Part shown: positions 56,848-64,000 of the stretch, one piece after another
Numbering within the stretch: the stretch's first letter is position 1
How the letters are laid out: the number at the start of each line of letters is the position of its first letter
From: Octopus sinensis
Taxonomy: Eukaryota
Assembly: GCF_006345805.1 (NCBI RefSeq)
Contig: NC_042998.1
Coordinates: forward strand, 13,206,001 to 13,270,000
Reading direction: 5' to 3'
DNA: 64,000 nucleotides
Notes under the pieces: generated by a model
Database searches by the model: none
What the model saw: the letters and a program-made list of their open reading frames with translations, nothing else
What the model was told of the DNA's origin: nothing
Program-made: the position numbers and the translations under genes

Positions 56848-58895
56848 ATATAGAGAATGTGTATCGGCATTATATTTGCGAGTTGAATTTCACTTTATAA
56901 CAGGCTCTTGAAATTTATGTGTTGTAATTTTCCAAGAATAATAATATATCGTTATTTGCACTGTGAACTGCAAAACCTGAATCGACAACTTGTTGTTGTT
57001 AAGCAACAAGACGGGTAAGGGTGATTAGGTGATGGTTTAGGGCGTAGGCGCGTGAGACCCTAGACACTGGAAAAAAAGAACTTTGGTCGTCTTGTTGTAG
57101 TCGAGGGCTCTTCTTGAACGGCGAATCGACAACTAGTATATTTAGGCGGCAGAATCGAATAGCTGTTGTATGCGTTAAAGTAGAAAAGCTTCTTTTTACC
57201 ACGACAGTGTGTTAAAAACACAATCGACTCATTGTTACACATGATTCAGAGTGCCAGCGTTTCGACATGCTGTGACTCGTCATCTAGAAGTACTTGAAAT
57301 ATCCGGACCTTTGAGTGTATAAAGGACTGGATTGCATAGTTTATAATTTCGGCGAATAAAATATTGGATAATTAATATTGATAGCAGCCAACCGATAATA
57401 AATTGTCATTTTAAACAAAGCCATAAACAAGAAAGTCATCATTTATTTAAAAGCAATTGCATTATCAAGGCTTTTTAAGCCTCCCAATATTTCTCGCGTC
57501 ATAATCTGAATAAAATGAGATCATCGTAGACATCGTAACAGAAAATTATTATTGTTTCAAGAGTAGCACTATATTGAAAACAACTTCAATTATATACACT
57601 GTATATTTCTGGGTTAGTTTTCCAAGTGCTGCTTATGCACGAGGATTATGTATTTGAACCTACTATAACTAAACTTACAATATATATGAAATCCAATGAA
57701 ACCATATTTGTGGGATTATACTACTGATCTTTATATTTCGGATAATGAGTACGGTTAGGAATTGATTGTAAGTGTTACGTATATATATATTGTACTCGTG
57801 TTGAAACAGGGGACGAGTAACATAAAAAAATTCGTCAATGAACTATTAGGGACAACTGCAGTGCTCCAATACAATACATCTGAAAGTACTGGACCATATT
57901 AACATGGACACCTACACGCAAGCACATACTTGCAGGCAAACATACATACCAAGAAACCTGGATGGTATTATTGTCCCTATGTGGAGAGAAATACACACAT
58001 ATATACAGATATATACACTAATAATGATAATAAAACCGCCTGTATAATTACATTTATGAGTAAATAACTAATTGATATATGACTAAATATCAAATGTTGC
58101 CAAATTCCAATTGAGATTTTAAGACATGTTAGAAAAATTTCAGAATTCTTGATAATAATCTTATTATTGCATAATATTATGTCTATGGTTACTTCCAGGC
58201 AAAAGCAAAACAATTTTTTTAATGCATTGCATGGGTATGCATATTGTATCACTGACCAAGTCTTTCTGTGTTGCATCGTTTTCTGTTTTGAGATTCTATA
58301 TTAGATCAGCGAGTAACGTGCTTTGTTTATTGAAGATAATCCTAAATGATGTAATATGGTTTATCCTGCGGTTTTTTGAAATTATCCTTCGTCGGATCTA
58401 TATGCTTATGCATATGATAACAGAATATTTGTATACAATATTTCTACACTAATTCACTTGTTTGCCGGAGGTCAATGTTTTCCTATCATTATAATCAGAT
58501 CATTTAAATCACTATTTACAATCAGGTTATTACTTGTATATATTCTTATAATCTAATTCTTAGTAGTATTGTTGTTGCTATTGTTATTGTTGTTATATAC
58601 ATTTTTCTCCTTGTTATTTTACTCAGTGGTATTATTATTAGTGCTTATAACATTTCCATCGTTATGTGTGTGTGTGTGTGTGTGTGTGAATAAAGTATAT
58701 GAAAGCATATATGCATATATGTATGTATATATATATATATATATATAAAATTTTAATAAATAGTCAAAAAAACCGAAGTTGTTTGTTAGTCTTTTTTTAC
58801 ATAAGTTATTTCTATGGTAACGTAATTTTGGTTTGATTTTTTTAACGGCTAAGAATTTAATTTCACTTCATAATTTGACACTGAATTATTGGAAG

Positions 58896-58940
58896 TCCAC
58901 CTGAAGATTGTCGATCAAGACAAGAAACGATTGTAGTGGC
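58896..58940 (+). ncRNA. Minimal type-I hammerhead ribozyme with canonical core
   Basis: ccac-CTGAAGA(58901-07)-TTGTC(gatcaa)GACAA-GAAAC(gatt)GTA(58933-35)-gtgg. Confidence 0.85.
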
Positions 58941-59046
58941 GGTTTTTTTGACTATTTATTAAAATTTTATGTATTGATTAAGTCTTTCCTTGTTTGTTTT
59001 GCAAAATAGTGGTTTTGTCTCTAATAATATTTTATATATATATATA

Positions 59047-59195
<149 letters not shown>

Positions 59196-59221
59196 AGAGA
59201 GAGAGAGAGAGAGAGAGACGT

Positions 59222-59320
59222 CGTTGTGGCTGTGTGGTAATAAGCTTCCTACCTAACCATATGGTTCCAGTTCAGTCCCACTAAGCGTCACTTTGGGCAA
59301 GTGTCTTCTACTATTGTCTC
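59222..59320 (+). mobile_element. Truncated SINE family 1
   Basis: tggctgtgtggtaataagc...ttcagtcccact...gcaagtgtcttctactat. Confidence 0.75.
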
Positions 59321-59781
59321 GATATACTCGTGATATATATATATATTATATATATATATATAATATATATATATATATGTATAATATAATAGAAATATTA
59401 AAATTACTAAGTCTCTCTAAAAGAGATTACGGCAGCGTTACTGGAAATTAATTGTTATCGCCATATTAATATGGCAGTCTTATAGATATAAGACTAAAAG
59501 CTGTCCGCTGATTAGCTCCATGAGGCCATCGCCTTAAGATAGCTATTTGACACACAAACTGTGTCCATTATAACCTTCGAACAAAGGGAGGTCAGCCGCT
59601 TCACACTGCTAGGTATTTGCCCTTTGTCAATGTAGCGTAGTCGACCCAGCAGGTGTCGCCACTGATCATCTCTGTTCGTAGGTTTTATTTACTTAGTTTC
59701 GGTGGAATATATCCACTTGTTTTCAATAATAGAAATATTAAAATTACTAAGTCTATCTAAAAGAGATTACGGCAGCGTAAT

Positions 59782-59833
<52 letters not shown>

Positions 59834-61367
59834 TATATATATATAATTGTGTCTGGAGAAAGTCATTCTCGTTTAGTGCCTTATTACTTTACACACACAC
59901 CGGTTTGATTTCCACTCATTTATTCCTATATTTTTTACTAAACTTTTCGTTGCCATTTGCAACCTCTCCAATAATCGTTGACTATTTTATGTATCTGTGT
60001 AGGTGTGTGAGTGTGTACGTATGTATCTGCGTGTATATATGTATATATATACATAGAGTGAAAAAAAGAGAGTGTGTGTGAGTGAGAACGAGTCACAGAG
60101 AATCACATTTCCTAAGTATCTGTTGGGATATATCAGTGTTTTCAGATGTATATGTGAATGTTTAATTTATATTGTATATACGTATGTAAGCATTTGTGTA
60201 TACATATAGATATCTCTGGCAATAATATTGAAAATTACATATTGCGTGTTTACTGACGTGAAAAAAAACCCCTCCTTTTTGTTATCCTTAATCATGCAAA
60301 TTTTCATAATTTTAATATCAAGCAATAATTTGTTTTACCTGTGTAATTTTTGGAACTAATTTTGAAGAAATTGTGTTCTTTATTGTTTGTATACGTTTAA
60401 ATTTTCCTTTTAATATGTATGTGAATTCTAAGCTAAATGCATTTCATTCTCCCTCTCTCACATTATTTAATATATTATAAATGAATAAAAAAACTATTTT
60501 CTGAGAGATCCACTTAAGTTTTTTTAAATTTTATTTCATTGCCAATCGGTGCGAGCACTTTACGGTCATTTTTATTTTAAATGCACACACACACATGCAC
60601 ACACACACACATATCTCATATATACACATATTTGATGTTGGAAGCAACTCAATATATACACAATCATATTTTATTGGATTCTAGCACCGATATGTTTTTA
60701 TTTCCGTTTCCAACAAATCGTTTTTTCTTCATTGCATATATGACACTGTAAAATCCACATAGAATGTAACCATACTTGTATGGTTGCATATACACACACA
60801 ACTCACAGACACACACGCACACAGACACACACGCACACAGACACACACGCACACAGACACATATATAAGACATAATGTACATACGCGCATATAATATATA
60901 TATATATGTAAATATATGTGTGTATATATATATAAATATGAGTGTATATTATATATATATATATATATATATATGAGTGTCTATAGTATACATATATGTA
61001 TACATATATGTATATATATATTATATATGTATATTATATATATATATATATATAGTGTCTATATGTTACATATATGTATATATATATTTATATATTATAT
61101 ATATATAATATATATATATGCATATATATTATATACATATATAAATATATAATATATATATATTATATATATATAATGTATAAATATTATAAATAAATAT
61201 ATATATATATATATGTATATATATGTATATATATATATCTATATATATGTATATATTATATGTATATGTATATATATATGATAATATATATATAATTATT
61301 GAATATATAATATATATGATATATATATATATATATATGTATGTATATAAATTATAATATATAAATC

Positions 61368-61422
<55 letters not shown>

Positions 61423-62134
61423 ATATATTCGTGCATGCGTGTAAAGTTGTCATTGAATGAAATCTGTAGTAAAGCATTGTAGAAGCATAGGGGAATTGAT
61501 ATCGTTGTCTTCCTCTCTAAGAAAGCGATGAAAACTGCAATTCTTCATAGCACTTCAATCTAAAGAAAATATTTGAATTATTAAATTTTACTATATGACA
61601 CATCTGCAATTGCGCGCTTGGATATTGAATAGAAAAGCGCCGTACAGTCTCTGTGTATTACATGAAGGTTTTCATCGTTTTGCCTTTCTCAATTGAAGTA
61701 TCGAATATTGTGAAGCCGAAGTGGTAACAAACAGAGGATGGTGTTTATCTTTTCATTTTATTGTTTACTACCCAGGGAATTTACAAAATATATTATCGAC
61801 CATTCTTGAATAATACATCGTAAATAATCATTCTTCTGTGCTATCAGTATAGTATTTTGGAGAGAATGTTTTATATTTTATAAATAAATATTGGCAAAAA
61901 CCTAACCAGTTTTTGGATAAATAAAATACAACGTACATAATGTGAGGGGGTAGCTATTGATACATCATATGCCAAAATTGAAATTAAGACACTCCTTTTT
62001 CTATACATGATGATGATGATGATGATTAAGATGGCAATAATAATAATAAAGATGATGATAATAATAATAATAATAATAATAATATAATAATAATAATAAT
62101 ATAATAATAATAATAATAATTTTGGAACAAAAGC

Positions 62135-62325
62135 CAGCCATTTTTCGGAAAGGGATTAGTCGATTAGATCGACCCAAGTGTTCAAATCATACTAAATTTA
62201 TCGACACTGCTAGTATGTCAAAGAAAGTCGACCCTTGCGGCATTTGAACCCAGAACGTAAAAATAGACGAAATCAACTGAAAATTTTACTCGGCATGCTA
62301 AAGATTCTGCTGCCACACCACCTTA
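62135..62325 (-). mobile_element. Degenerate SINE family 2
   Basis: tagtcgattagatcgaccc...aatttatcgac...gtcgaccc...tttgaacccagaacgta. Confidence 0.7.
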
Positions 62326-62370
62326 ATTGTAGTAGTGTCTCATAACATACCAAATTTATTTAGGTGACCA

Positions 62371-63290
62371 ATGAAAAGTTGAAATACAGAGCTAACTTCG
62401 TGTGGATAATTTCTGGCGAGGGCTATCATCAAAACAGACATATTTCAAGGAGATATCATATTCCCATTTCTGTTTGCGATTTGTATGATATCCATCACAC
62501 AGATACAATGGAATGTCACATCGAATTACACCTTGAAAAGTGGAGGAAAATTAAATCATCTGTTATATGTGGATGATATAAAGTCCTTTGGGAAGACTGA
62601 ATGTAAAATCAATAGCCTAGTTTCAACAGTACAGATATTCACTAAGGATAACGGAATGGCGACACACGAATCTGAGCATGGCATGGAGTGACTATCTTAA
62701 GGCATACAATATGATACCACACTTCTGGATAATAAAAACAATATAAATTTATAGAATAGTAGAAAACAGGAGAAGCCTTATATGGAAGAGTATGTAATTT
62801 TGGACAACGGAATTGACAGCAGGGAATCAAGTATTAGGAGAGGTAAATGTCCCGAGAGGAATCTTCCTGGTTTTTGTGCTATGGATGACCCCCTTGTGTG
62901 AAATATACAGAAAAAAAAGTTGGGGTATGTTCTGGAAAGAGGTAAGGGAACACTGAGCCACTTGTTCTTCATAGACGAATTGAAGATATTCTCAAAATGT
63001 GAGGCAGAACTCGACAGCATTGTCCAGTCTGTGCGGATTTTTCTAGAGTGTTAGTAAGAAGGAGTTTGGGCTCTCAAAATGTGATACGATGGTGATGAGA
63101 CGAGGAAAACCAGTCAAGACAGAAAGCATATATTTGCCAAGGGGTAAAATGACGAAGGCAATTCAACAACAATCCATCTATAAATGCCTGTGAATACTTG
63201 AGACAGACGGAATTAAACACAGTAACATGAAGGAAAAGACAAAACGCGAGTATCTGCGGTGAGTGTGAAAATATTGGCTTCAAAGCTCGT
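62371..63290 (+). pseudogene. Two consecutive R4/Dong-type (RLE-class) non-LTR RT fragments: 62371-62660 and 62661-63290
   Basis: First: MKS*NTELT...IFQGD...LNHLLYVDDIK...DNGM. Second: NLSMAWSDYLKAYNMIPHFWI...WTTELTAG...RGIF...LSHLFFIDELK...EFGLSKC...YKCL*ILETDGI...KILASKL. Confidence 0.8.
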
Positions 63291-64000
63291 GTATATAAAT
63301 TTGTTCATCATTATATTTTAAAATGAATGGAAAATGTTTTACATTCAACGCATTATTGATATGCTCTATCGGAGCGGACTTATAACCTGAAGCACTGCAA
63401 ATGATATCATAATTATATTTTTCTAAAAATGATAAAGTGATATACATTATCCATTGTCATTATTATGTTATGACAATGTATTCGACAACATAACTTCACG
63501 CGATTTCACAGAAAAAACGCTTTCATTTTGTGTTTGTTAACACAGCTGTATATTGGATTCAGATAATATATATATGTGTATCTGCTCTGAACAATACTTT
63601 TCCTCTTGCTACATAATTCTCTGTATTACTTCATGTCCACAAAATAAATACAACACGTCACAGGTAATTTTCTCCTCTTCAGCAAAATTTTGAAACTCAA
63701 AGCAACTGAAGTGTGAATTGAATGTTCCTTAATATAATTACTCTAACGTCAATCACACTTGCATCCACTATATTTTCCGCACATTAGACAGTAATAAAAA
63801 TAGTAAATCCAATACCCACTGTCAAAGTCCAGATTTAATGTCCACGATAAGACATTAAATAAACATCGGAATATGAGATTGTATAAGTATCGATTTTAAT
63901 TAGATTGACGCAGAAATATATTACATTTTCGCTTCATTAAACTATATCCATTTACGTTGAATTCCTCAAGTAACAGCAGAGAGTATTTAAAATGTTATTG

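Noticed and set aside
57250-57295. HHR-like GAC..GTC-GAAAC on the minus strand
   Set aside because: The core needs an indel and there is no NUH site.

Overview
AT-rich, microsatellite-dense eukaryotic DNA, most likely from an octopus or other coleoid cephalopod; this assignment rests on the style of the tRNA-SINE families and is not verified. I found no confident host gene. Most listed ORFs are translations of (TA)n, (CA)n, (TATC)n or (TAA)n arrays. The window consists of decayed transposons: several Penelope-like elements (PLEs), a 5'-truncated Tx1/L1-clade LINE inside a (TATC)n array, RTE and R4/Dong-type RT fragments, three Tc1/mariner remnants, and about 15 tRNA-SINE copies from at least three families. 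Two near-identical tandem duplications (~1.26 kb and ~1.0 kb) are also present. The most notable unexplained structure is a set of about 15-17 type-I hammerhead-ribozyme (HHR) motifs in several sequence families, all read by eye. Three have complete canonical cores: 5234-5323(-), 7308-7397(+) and 58896-58940(+). Many lie in short fold-back units bounded by (TA)n, and several have a CA-rich tract upstream on the ribozyme strand. No folding, alignment or database search was run.
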